NCBI GenBank assembly: GCA_904063045.1
Contig: CAJFCJ010000101.1
Location: forward strand, 45,838-86,470
Origin: Dimorphilus gyrociliatus
Lineage: Eukaryota > Animalia > Annelida
Reading direction: 5' to 3'
Length of the DNA stretch: 40,633 bases
Below are positions 10,926-21,310 of the stretch, one piece after another (the stretch's first letter is position 1; every line of letters starts with the position of its first letter). The position numbers and the translations under genes are program-made. Below the pieces are notes generated by a model. The model saw nothing but the letters and a program-made list of their open reading frames with translations, was not told the origin of the DNA and did not search any database.

Positions 10926-11092
10926 TGACGAAAATATGATTATAGGCTGACATTTAATGTACTGTTCAAAAGTAACTTATATAAAAAAATAAATTATTTA
11001 ATGAATTACATAAAAGAGATGCACTAAACTTCAAGGCAATGTAGCTCAAAAACTAATTCTCATTAAATCAAGATGAAGGGACTCATCTTCAC

Positions 11093-11352
11093 AAAGAAGG
11101 GGGAAGTTGTACAACTTTGGTTATATTTTACATGCTTGAACTCTATTATTTTATGCAACATATACATGTACATCTTAAAACCTACGCAAGAAAATGCTAT
11201 AACATTGGCCAAACATAAGTCTGATTAGTCAGCTTGAAGGTTCATCTTTAATTACCAATAAAGGTTTGGCCAAGTTATAATTTAATTAACTTGCCTAGGG
11301 TGTGGCCAAGTTATAATTCAATTAACCTTCCTAAATGTTGAACCTTGTAACA
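11093..11352 (+). mobile_element. Candidate PPT plus 3' (or solo) LTR of about 245 bp
   Basis: Purine tract AAAGAAGGGGGAAG (11093-11106), then TGTACAA (11108) ... TTGTAACA (11352). Internal 36-bp tandem duplication (11267-11332) and AATAAA. No partner LTR in the window. Confidence 0.4.
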
Positions 11353-12935
11353 TCCTGTTACTAAAGATAAATATGAACTACACATTTCGGCAACTGTAAA
11401 GTGATGATTGGATGTCAGAGACAAACCTCAAAGTGTATAAATCCTCATTATTCTCATTTGGCATGCAGCTTCCATCTGGACCCAAGGACCTGGGAAAATC
11501 ATCTGGAAACAACCTCCACTGGAACCATCCATCTACTCCTCAACATTGGAAGACAGTTTGGTAATTTGGCAACCTGCTATTACAAACTATCTACTCTGCT
11601 ATTGAACTCTCATATTGTTACTTGCTTAAGTATTATTATTGCGAATAAACCATTTTAATTTAAACATTTGTTTAAAGGTTCGAGTAGAACCAGTATTGTT
11701 ATAACTTGCAAACGCATAGATTTTGCCAGCAAGAGCAGTACATCATCGTACTGTCATATCTGAAGGTGTTTCATTTCAGAGTATGTTGCACTTATATCAA
11801 TAGAAGAAATGTCAATATTGCAATACTGGCAAATATATGGGCTGTGCTGTTCAGGTTATACTATGTGAGGCTTCTGTTTATCACCAGGTCATTCCACAGT
11901 CTCATCTGGCTGAGTCTCTTATTTTTATTAGATATGGCCATCAATATTTACTTTATCTTCACAATTTGTTTCATGAGATCATTGCTGTATTTCAATATCA
12001 ATATACTGGTGGATGGATGGGGGATTGCAGAGAAGGTCGATGCTATGGGCGATGTGATACCGGGATTGTGAAGGATTGTGAAGGATTGTAATTGTGTTTC
12101 TTTATTTTGTTTGTGGATTTTTTTTATGAAAATTCTCTTCTTTTCATAAGAATCTCTCATGTGAAGAAATTCTTAGAATTTTTGTTCATTTTACATCTTT
12201 TAAATGTTTTACGAAAATTTTATAAGAAGTATAAGCTCAGAGAGTTCTTTAAAAAAATAGTTTTCAATCCTAAAACCTGAATAAACATATTGAAAGATTA
12301 TTAGCAGAGGCACATCATACATAAAGATTTCTGAATCTTTCCATGTCATTGAAAAATTACTGAGGACATTGGGCATTTCAAATAAAATGTGAAGAGAAAA
12401 GTTAGAACTACATCTGATAAGATGGCATCGAATGTGTTGACAGGATTGCAAAAAATGTCTTTTTAAAACCTTGGCTACGTGTTAATTTTGGCTGTTCCAA
12501 TCAAAAGACATGTTGTCATGACACCTCTGACAATTTAAATGGAGAGTAAATAACATTTTACACATTGAATCTGAACAAAAATAATGTCGATCCATGATCG
12601 CCATTTTAAAATATCCTCCTGTGCCAGCAACAATTGCAAAAGTATTTTTTTACAAGCGAAACTTTAAGCAAGGAGAATTACTAAAGATCAAGTGTGCAAA
12701 CAAACTTTACTACGATATTTTTGAATATGTCACTGATGAAAAAGAGGTTGAAAAACATGAAAGATGAGACCAAATTGTGGTAGATGCAGGGTTTTGAGAA
12801 TGAGAATTTATTATTTCCTTGCTATGAGTATCTCATTCTGTGGTACTTTTCTGCCTCTTGAGTCTTTTCTGAGAGGTTCAACAAAAAATATTTTAAATTT
12901 TCAAAATGTGATAAAGAGGCGAAGCCGGCTGGCCA

Positions 12936-13075
12936 CTTAAATCCAATCATTATTACTCAAGTTCGATCATGTTTTTGCTTAAAATCCAATTGAAATTACT
13001 TAAATCCAATTGAAATTGATTAAATCCAATTAAAATTACTTGAATCCAATCATATTTTTACTAAAAATCCAATTT
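12936..13075 (+). repeat. Array of ~19-bp TAAATCCAAT units; inverted counterpart at 15065-15220
   Basis: ACTTAAATCCAATCATTATTACT and repeated AAATCCAATTGAAATTAC; the same motif occurs in reverse complement at 15140-15200. Confidence 0.7.
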
Positions 13076-13159
13076 AAAATTAAACTGAAAAAAGATTGTA
13101 TTAAAAAAAAACGGATTCAATCACTCTTTCCATCACTTATTTTTAAAGAATAAATAAAA

Positions 13160-14385
13160 GATGGCAGAATGGTTTGCTTCTTGGGCCGTCCTTTTTAGCC
13201 AAATTTTCATAGGTGTTTCATATAAATGTGAATGTCCGTATTTTTTGAAAGCAAATAGTAAATAAAGTGAAATTCTCCATTGCCGATTTGAGCACTATCA
13301 AATTTTCTGACACACTGATCTGTCCTAATGACACAAATTCATTATCTTGAGAATGGTTCAAATGTGAGAGATATAAAATGGTCTGATCTTCGCTCAAGGC
13401 GTGTTTATCAAGAGATGGGCCGAGTTTATTATAGGATGTCATAGTTTTTTCACTGAAGAATCTTGGAGAGATTAGATGCTCTAATATCACCATCTGGGTG
13501 AGAGATCTGAAATTATCGCCTCGAACGATAATTCACAGCTGTTTACAATGAAAAATGTTTCCCTTTTTTCTCAAAGAGTTCAGAGGCATTCTAATAAGAT
13601 TCTGATCCACAGAGCATCATCGATGCTAACACAAAAAGTGTATCGTTATCTGAGAATCCGAAAAGGATTAGTGCAAAATCTGCACTTGAAAAATTGAAAG
13701 TTCTATCAATGTCAAAGAACCTCGCATCTAGAGTATTTTTTAACAATTTTTAATTTGAAAGAAAAACTGTATGTCTTTTGCATTCAGTTGAGCAATTAAG
13801 TCCTTGTTTTCATTCATCAAATTTGCGAGAATCAGTTTGAAATCACTAAAATTTTCTAATTTTGCATCTTCTTTGAGTTTTGTCTGTTTCAGGTTATATA
13901 CTGTCAGGATATTCAGGTATCCTTCCTGAACATAGATATCGTTCCACGAACGATTTAGGAGTTTTCTCCATTGTGAAAGAGGATGAAGAAATTTGCATAA
14001 AAACTGAGGGTTAAATTTATTTTCTTTTTTCAAGAGCGGCTGTGTGGCTTTGAACAGATAAAGATGGTGATAAAATGTCCGGAGTGGAGACATTCTGTGA
14101 CAATACTCTGTTGCTTTTATATCTTTGTATCCATTTTGTAATATGCTGATATTTTTTCGGGGTGGCAAGTTTGCATCGTGATTTAAAAGCTCATTTATCC
14201 TCCTTTTCTTTTCTATAGTTTTCGATTTTAAAGCTGATAATTGACAATCATGAGTGTATGTATGATTCTGTTGGTTTATAACACTCTTATTATCATTTGT
14301 GATGCTTCAATTCTGAAAATTGCAATCTGTCAGTAAACACTTCCATTTCTTCACAGTTTTTCCATCAGATCTTTGTACATTCATG
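13160..14385 (-). pseudogene. Heavily decayed MULE-like transposase
   Basis: KWKCLLTDC..HTYTH (FLYWCH-like finger), FFDIDRTFN (first Asp motif), IISDL (second Asp), and C-terminal ETP..GRPKK, spread over several frames with many stops. Confidence 0.55.
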
Positions 14386-14413
14386 ACTAAGAGAATACCT
14401 GAATCAGAATATT

Positions 14414-14567
14414 AGAACCGCCAACCATTTTTTTGAACCTCCAACCATTTTTCACAGCCGCCAACCAAAATTAAAGCCTCGCAACCAAAATTTTGAACAG
14501 CCAACCTATTTTTTAGACTTCGCAACCATTTTTCAGACTTCACAACCATTTTTTAGAACCAGCAACC
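14414..14567 (+). repeat. Minisatellite, about 8 units of ~20-21 bp (core (G/C)CAACC)
   Basis: agaaccgccaaccattttttt, gaacctccaaccattttc, cagccgccaaccaaaatt ... agaaccagcaaccc. Confidence 0.8.
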
Positions 14568-14657
14568 CAAAAATATTTTTGAAAGGAAATTCGAAATATT
14601 TTTTAAAATAAAAACAATAAATTTGATTTGAAAACAAACAATGGATTAAAAAGAGTT

Positions 14658-14954
14658 TCATTCCTTACGCTTGGCTGTGAAGTTATTTTGATTGGTTAGA
14701 TGATTGGTGTTCTTTTTCGGCCTTCCTTGTTCTGAACGGCCAAGAAGTGGTGTCTCAAATATTTCAGACACATTTTCTGAAATAAAAACTGAATAAACCA
14801 TACCTGAATGGATAATTTGTGTATTTTGATGCTCAATCACATTCCAAATTATTGTGGTTCTCTTTGTCTTTTGAAAAATCTCAGTTTGTACAGAAAAATT
14901 TCTTCCTTCTATGCATGATCCTTCTGTTGAGTCATCTGGCTTTTTATCCTTCAT
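14658..14954 (-). pseudogene. C-terminal fragment of a second related transposase
   Basis: Ends FETPLLGRSEQGRPKK, paralleling YETPMKIW..GRPKK at about 13175-13220. Confidence 0.4.
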
Positions 14955-15064
14955 GTCTTCTTTTTTCTCAGCATTTTCTGAGAGATCATGATATTTTCAT
15001 AAAAATGATTATTTCTTCTAGATGATCTAAAATTTTGAAAATCCAATTTTTACTTCTAATAGAG

Positions 15065-15220
15065 TAAAATTGGATTTTTAGCAAACAAATGATGGGATTC
15101 ATTCAATTTGAATTGAATTTTTATTTTGAATTGATTCAAGTAATAATGGTTGGATTTAAGTAATAATGATTAGATTTAAGTAATAATGATTGATTTAAGT
15201 AATAATAGTTATATTCAAGT
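15065..15220 (-). repeat. Inverted partner of the 12936-13075 array
   Basis: Tandem GATTTAAGTAATAATG units; the reverse complement is ACTTAAATCCAACCATTATTACT. Confidence 0.7.
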
Positions 15221-15289
15221 ATTTATCCTTTATGAATGGTAACATCTGAGGGGTTAAGAATTCTACGTCTCGGCTGGATCACGAATTCA

Positions 15290-15690
15290 CATCAGATGGT
15301 AACTTTGACATGTCTTTGTGATTCATTTTCTTTTCTTTTTCATTCATAAAAACAAGATAATTATCTTTTGAGAGCTCCTCTTTTATAACCTCTGTGGTTC
15401 CTCTTATTTTATTCTCTTTTCTTTTTTGAAATCATTAATTGTGACAATCTGTTTTTTCACAAATTGTTCTTGTTTCTTTTGAAATCTTTGGGCATATTTG
15501 CAAATCTTTTGATGCTCTTTTTTTATATTCTCTAATTCACTTGTCCACACCCTTGTAAATGTCATCTTTATTGTTGAATGTAATGTTCTGTTATACTTTG
15601 TTATAATTTCTTGTAATTTCTCATTCGATATTTTTTTTTTTATTTCTTCTTCTCATCATTTCTCGTAATATTCTGATTTATCTTTGAAAC
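15290..15690 (-). pseudogene. Ty3/Gypsy integrase C-terminal fragment
   Basis: KYNRTLHSTIKMT (YN.T.H..IKMTP motif), followed in another frame by EELSKDNYLV..KKMNHKDM. Confidence 0.55.
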
Positions 15691-16180
15691 CTTCCTTTAG
15701 TTTCGAATAGGTTTTTTTATCAACACAAATTTATTCTGAAAAACTCACCATACAATCAAAAACAACTCAGTAAAAAGAGATGAGAAAAGAATTAACTGGT
15801 CTGCTCGTCAGAGCAACCGTGGCCATCTGGCCTTTGGTTCATGCGTTTCGAATAGGTGGAAACAGAAAATCAACCCTAAAAATATTATTTTAAAAACGAC
15901 ATCGTACATAATCATATTTAAAAAACATAGAAAAAGGAAATTCTATCAAAATTCGACAATGATTGAGGTAGGATTCATTGGCTAGAGACCTGTTCCTACC
16001 TATTTTTATGTATGTTTTTTTGACAATATTTTTCAATTCCATGTTCTGAACGAGAGTTTCACAATAAAACACTCTTATTATCAAATTTTCTTATGTGAGT
16101 ATGGAAAAATAATACGAAAATTATTCTATTTAAAACTAGAGGAGAAAATAACATCAGCTGATGTAGATCAGAATAGGATT

Positions 16181-17296
16181 GTGTCGGAATGTACTTCGAT
16201 GATTGTGGTGAATGATTTAAAATACATTCCAACAAAACAATATAATATCAGGTATGTTATTAAACTGATAGACACAAAATACAATGAAAGGATAAAGAAA
16301 AATGACGATGTTACGGATGAATGTAGAGTAACTCTGTGGAAAGATGTGTTTCTCAGATATGATTCTGGAATATCTGATAAAAAAAGAATAATGGTTTTCT
16401 TTTCTGAAAATACAAAAAATTTTATGAAAGAGGTATCCGTCATATTGATTGATGGCACTTTTAAAATTTCACCAACAAGTTCACGACAAGTTCTAACAAT
16501 TCATGGTCTGCATATCGATAAGTATTATCCTTTAATTTACTTGATTCTTCCAGATAAATCGACAACAACTTATAAAAAGGCTTTTAAAATAATCACAGAA
16601 AAAATTCAATTTGATCCAGAGTATATAATAACAGATTTCGAATTGGGTCTGATAAATTCTTTGAGAGAGACCTTCACTCATGCAAAATTTGGTGGCTGCT
16701 TGTTTCATTTCACACCAGCAATATGGAAAAAAATACAAAAATTAGGAATTGCCTCAGTTTATATGAAAGACATTGGAGTTCAAAAGATCGTTCACAAAAT
16801 ATTAGCTCTTCCTTTTTATCCTGTAGATGATATTGAGAGGAGAGTATCAGAAATCAAAAGTGAAGTCATCTATCGTGAAAGAGAAAACACATTTGATGCT
16901 GTTTTTGAATATTTAGAAAATGTTTATTTAGGAAGATATGAATATGGTATTTATGATTCTCCAACATATCTTATAGATTTCTGGAATGTATATGATTGTG
17001 TATTGTCTGATATACCACATACAACAAACATACTTGAAGCATGGCACAGAGAAATGAATGAACAAATTGGGGTAGTGCACCCAAATATTGCTCATTTAGT
17101 GAAGTTTTTTAAACAAGAGGAAGAAAAAACATATGTTGGTATTAATCAGGCATTTCAAGGTGTGTTAAATACTCAGCAAAGTAAAGATTTCAAAAAAGAA
17201 TATTTTCTAAAGCAAATATTAAAGAAAAAAGAGAAATTTGAAGACAATTCATTTTTTAAAGCATTGGATTCTGTTTATGGTTGGAAGCTAGAATAG
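16181..17296 (+). CDS. MULE/Mutator transposase with intact DDE core
   Basis: FLRYDSG..RIMVF, LIDGTFK, YIITDFE, GGCLFHF, TTNILEAWH. The frame is stop-free from 15986 and the first ATG is at 16199. The true start and the TIRs were not identified. Confidence 0.9.
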   Translation: MSECTSMIVVNDLKYIPTKQYNIRYVIKLIDTKYNERIKKNDDVTDECRVTLWKDVFLRYDSGISDKKRIMVFFSENTKNFMKEVSVILIDGTFKISPTSSRQVLTIHGLHIDKYYPLIYLILPDKSTTTYKKAFKIITEKIQFDPEYIITDFELGLINSLRETFTHAKFGGCLFHFTPAIWKKIQKLGIASVYMKDIGVQKIVHKILALPFYPVDDIERRVSEIKSEVIYRERENTFDAVFEYLENVYLGRYEYGIYDSPTYLIDFWNVYDCVLSDIPHTTNILEAWHREMNEQIGVVHPNIAHLVKFFKQEEEKTYVGINQAFQGVLNTQQSKDFKKEYFLKQILKKKEKFEDNSFFKALDSVYGWKLE

Positions 17297-17559
17297 CAGG
17301 TGAATAAATCTGTTTTTTTATTTTTTGTTAAAAATAACCACTGGCAATGCTATCTTATGTTTTTTTTGTGTTACAACACCCAATTAACAGTTATATGACT
17401 GCAAAATATTTTTTTGTTTGTAATCTATTCATAGATATTATTGATCAAAAATGCTGCTAGATTAATTTGATAAAATTTTTGCCAAATCGGCAAAATTTTA
17501 CAGAGTTAACTCATAAACATACTTTTTTGCATTATTCTTTTCAATTTTCTTCATATTTT

Positions 17560-19440
17560 TTAAACTATTGTTGATTTTAAAGGGTATTTTTGCCATTTTA
17601 GCAAAAATACCTCAAGCCCACAAGATGCAGGTAAATTCGCATCAAGGTTAAATGAAATAGCTGAACTCCTTAAATTGGACAGTAATACACAACAACATGT
17701 TCTAAACCAACTGATTGAAGAGAACATGCTCGCCAAGGTCAAATCCCACACCACAGCCAAATTGAAGCTGAAGGCAATAAACCTCTGCAATACCCACCTG
17801 AAGATTCTATCATTTATTTAGAAGAGATGCATAATACTAGACAAGAAAATTATACTTCCATATTGACATATATGGAAAAGATCTCAGATGCAGCCAGAAA
17901 ATAGGGGATGTGCGAATGTGCAAAAAAGGCAGAAATCGATGTCAAAATATCCGATACCTTCATAAACAACCTACATCTTAGAGTAAAAATGAAAATGTCT
18001 AAATTGGGTAAGCACACCTTACAAGATGTCCTGGATTCAATCATTACGTCAGAAAAGATGATTCTTAATAATCTGAAATTGTCACAATCTCCTACTGTCA
18101 CATCTACAAACTCTTCTAACAATCAGATACTCAAAAATGATGGTAAAACTACAAAAACCCCATCAAAAATAAAGTTTTTTTCAATATCATAAAAACTCAA
18201 GCCACAGCACAGAGAATTTTCGGACCATAAAATTGGTTGCTCAACAAAATAGAGCTAGACATCTAACAAACACATCATTGTCTTCGAATCACAACCGCAG
18301 CAGCAATATCTATTGGAAAAACGAAATAAAGATGATAAAAGAGATGCAAGATTTTCAACAGCAATAAAAAGGAGAATAATGAAAAGGATGCTAACAAAGA
18401 AACAAAAAACATGCTCATAAATACAGCAGAAGAACCAAAACAGATCATCCTAAACACAAAACATGTTAAACTGGTGATTGATACTGGATCTGGACTTAAT
18501 TTCCTCAGCAAGAAAAAAGACAGAGTACTTAGGTTAACACCAGAAAAAAACGATGCAGTCAAAATCACATTTGGAAATGGCTCAATGTTTACAACTGAAA
18601 ATATTGTTACAATATCCCTCGAAGTCAGCAATAATCAAGTAAGCAAAATAGGCTCAAAATTCTATATTGCTGACAATCTACCTTATGACAGTGTAATCGG
18701 ACTCAAATACTAACGAGAACAAAAATGCACAATTAATCTCGCAGATGGCACAGTAAAACTGGACAACAACTATATAGACACAAATTTATCACACATTTCA
18801 ACACATCCAGATAATTTAATTGTCTTTAACACAAACCTACTCACAATAACTAAGAAAATCGAATCACTGGTCAAATCATATAAGATGAAGGGGCTAAGCT
18901 TGGTAAAATTCCAGAAGATACCTGTTGAATCAACTTGTTAGAAAACAAAGTTATCACAGAACCCCCATATCCAGTACCAAATAAGCTCAAAGAACAAGTC
19001 ACAGAACATATAAGAGAGTTAATTAAAGATCGGATCATCAAAAAATCAAGATTGAACTAAAACAGCCCAACTTATGTAATACCTAAACCAAATGGTGACA
19101 TGCGATTAGTCACAACATTAAAATCACTGAATAATATGATAAAGCCACTCGACTTCTCTTTCTCGTCAGTTGAAGACCATATTTTTGATCTAAAAGGTAC
19201 AAAAATTTTCTCTAAAGTTGACATGAAGGTTGGATACTATCAGATCACCATACGTGAAAAGGATACTGAGAGAACTGCATTTAGTATCCTAGGCCAGAAG
19301 TTTGAATACCTCAGAATGCCATTAGGCATAAAAACAGCTACATTCATTTTTCAAAGAACCACAAAACAACTGCTCAGTCACCTACCATTCATAATTGTTT
19401 ATTTAGATGATATCCTCCTTTATAGTAAAAATGAGAGCTA
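17560..19440 (+). pseudogene. Decayed Ty3/Gypsy gag-protease-RT, 3'-truncated
   Basis: Knuckle-like YHKNSSHSTEN (~18185), LVIDTGS protease, and IPKPNGDMRLV..FSKVDMKVGYYQI..YLRMPLG..YLDD. Similarity ends right after YLDDILLYSKNES. Confidence 0.85.
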
Positions 19441-20476
19441 TGTATATTTTGTTGTTTTTTTTCTGTTAAAATTCATATGATATTTGTGACAAAAAAATGA
19501 AAAAATTGTAAATGAAAGTTTAAATCAGAGCTGGTCACCCATCAGGAAAACCTGGCTGAATTGGGACAAAAAAACCTGGGCTCCCAAATCCAGCAAATTT
19601 TTTTTACCTGGTTGGCCTGGCACCCTGGTTTTCCAGTGATGAATATGAGATCAGTTGTGATATCTTTCTTTTTGTTGAGAAAATTGATATCATTATCTGA
19701 AAATATGAATGTAAGAAATTTATTGTTAGAATGATCAGAAAATCATCTGTATTTATATAAAAATAAGCATTTAAAATAATCGATGTTGTATATCTTACAA
19801 AAAATTTTGATAACAAACAGAACAAAAAGTGTCAAAAAATGGACATGGTTTTTTATGATTGTTATTTTACTATAATTGACATTCTTTCAAACAATCCAGC
19901 TCTCATTTTGGACAATAGAGCATAAAAAACGATAAAAATAGAAAAATAGATTGCAATAGAAAAAACTGGTATGGCCCCATCAAGAAAGCTGTTTTTATTT
20001 TTAATATTAACATTGAAAGATGTGTTTTTTTGGATATGTGTTAGTTTTATAAAACAGTCCTTAAATTCGACAATTATAAAATATCTGCTCTGTTTGCAGG
20101 TTATTAAGATGATTCAATAAATTGATACGTAATGATTGAAATATTTTATTGTACTAATTCCTTTTTTTAGAATATAAATAAATAAAAGAGTAGAAAGTGT
20201 GAGAATAAGTCATTTCAAAAAAATATTTGTCATAGAAGTTTTTATTTTTAAAGACCGAGCTAGCAACACATTTCCTTTTCATATGTATAAGATTCAAATG
20301 TTTTAAATAAAAGCTTGTAATTTGGTTCTTTGAATGATAGCTTCAATAAACTATGTGATTTCATTGATATTTGCAAATTTGAATGTTTTAAATCAAAAAA
20401 AAATCACAAACTTAAAATTATGTCTAAAGCAAACTGTATTGATTCTAAAAAAAATTAACTAGCCCCTAAAATACAG

Positions 20477-20673
20477 ATGAAAAGAAGTGATCTTACAGCA
20501 GAGCAACAGAAACAAGAACAGTACATGGTAAAAAATTGCTTTAGACAATAAACAGATGGTTCTTGGAAGTGTATGAAAATAAATGGTAACTCCCAAAAGC
20601 AGTGTGAATTTACAATTTCCGAGGCTGGCACCTGTCGTTTGCAAGAAAGCACTTAGAAACTTCCATTCATTAC
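20477..20673 (+). pseudogene. BED-type zinc-finger transposase N-terminal fragment
   Basis: SWKCMK..KQC..AGT, then (frameshift) ARKHLETSIH; one in-frame stop. Confidence 0.45.
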
Positions 20674-21080
20674 AGTTTTTTTTGATCGATTTTCACATGT
20701 GATTGAACTGTTTTGCTGCATGGCAGCTTAATTTGTAGATTGCTGAGGTTGGATTGAACTGCTAAACTATCCAATTTTTTCAAAGGTATATTAGAATCAA
20801 TGAAAACTTTGACAAATGCTTTTGAAAACTGTTTTTGAATTTGGACAATTTCTTTTTTCGAACTTTGTCGAGCCTCAAGACAGTGGCGATGTATCTTAGT
20901 GTGAGAATGACAGTGTATCTTGCTTTCGTTGGTTGTTTTTAAAATAGATTTTCACACTGTGCACTCAAGATGTTTTTTGTTCTTAGAAATGTTTATAAAT
21001 GGTGCTTTTTTACATAAATGCCTGAGTTTCTCACCATGTGGCAGTGGTTTTCGCATAGGACCTGAGGGCCATCGCTTCAT
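20670..21080 (-). pseudogene. CGGBP1-like/hAT-related transposase N-terminal fragment
   Basis: LECTV*KSILKTTNESKIHCHSHTKIH (zinc finger; the stop at 20952 sits where the second Cys is expected) and FVKVFIDSNIPLKKLDS (.NIPL.K motif). Confidence 0.55.
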
Positions 21081-21208
21081 AAGTATGAAAACAGTAAACT
21101 TGGTGGTACCCAAAATTACATAAACTTTTTTCTGTTGTATCAGAAACACAATCTATGCCTGAAAATTAAACACAGACCATATGGTAAATTTGTACGAAAA
21201 AACACCCT

Positions 21209-21310
21209 TGTCGTAGGGCCTCACACCTAAACTTCTAATTCTGAAAATCTTCTACCCCCAGATTCCAATGCGAGAGCAACAGCTAACAATTAATAAATTT
21301 AATTACGACA
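21209..21310 (+). repeat. 5' LTR (TGTCGTA...TACGACA)
   Basis: 7-bp perfect inverted termini; 14 differences from the 3' LTR in 102 nt by manual alignment. Confidence 0.9.

Noticed and set aside
11401-12460. Several ORFs of 60-120 aa on both strands
   Set aside because: No recognisable motif, splice structure or consistent frame; probably decayed sequence. The GGATTGTGAA trimer near 12063-12090 is a trivial repeat.
15966-16001. Hairpin AGGTAGGA/TCCTACCT; similar 12-bp inverted repeat at 26963-27005
   Set aside because: Short isolated stems with no supporting context; could be chance or element-end remnants.
19526-19904. Possible hAT MITE with AGAGCTGG/CCAGCTCT ends
   Set aside because: Only an 8-bp match and no 8-bp TSD.
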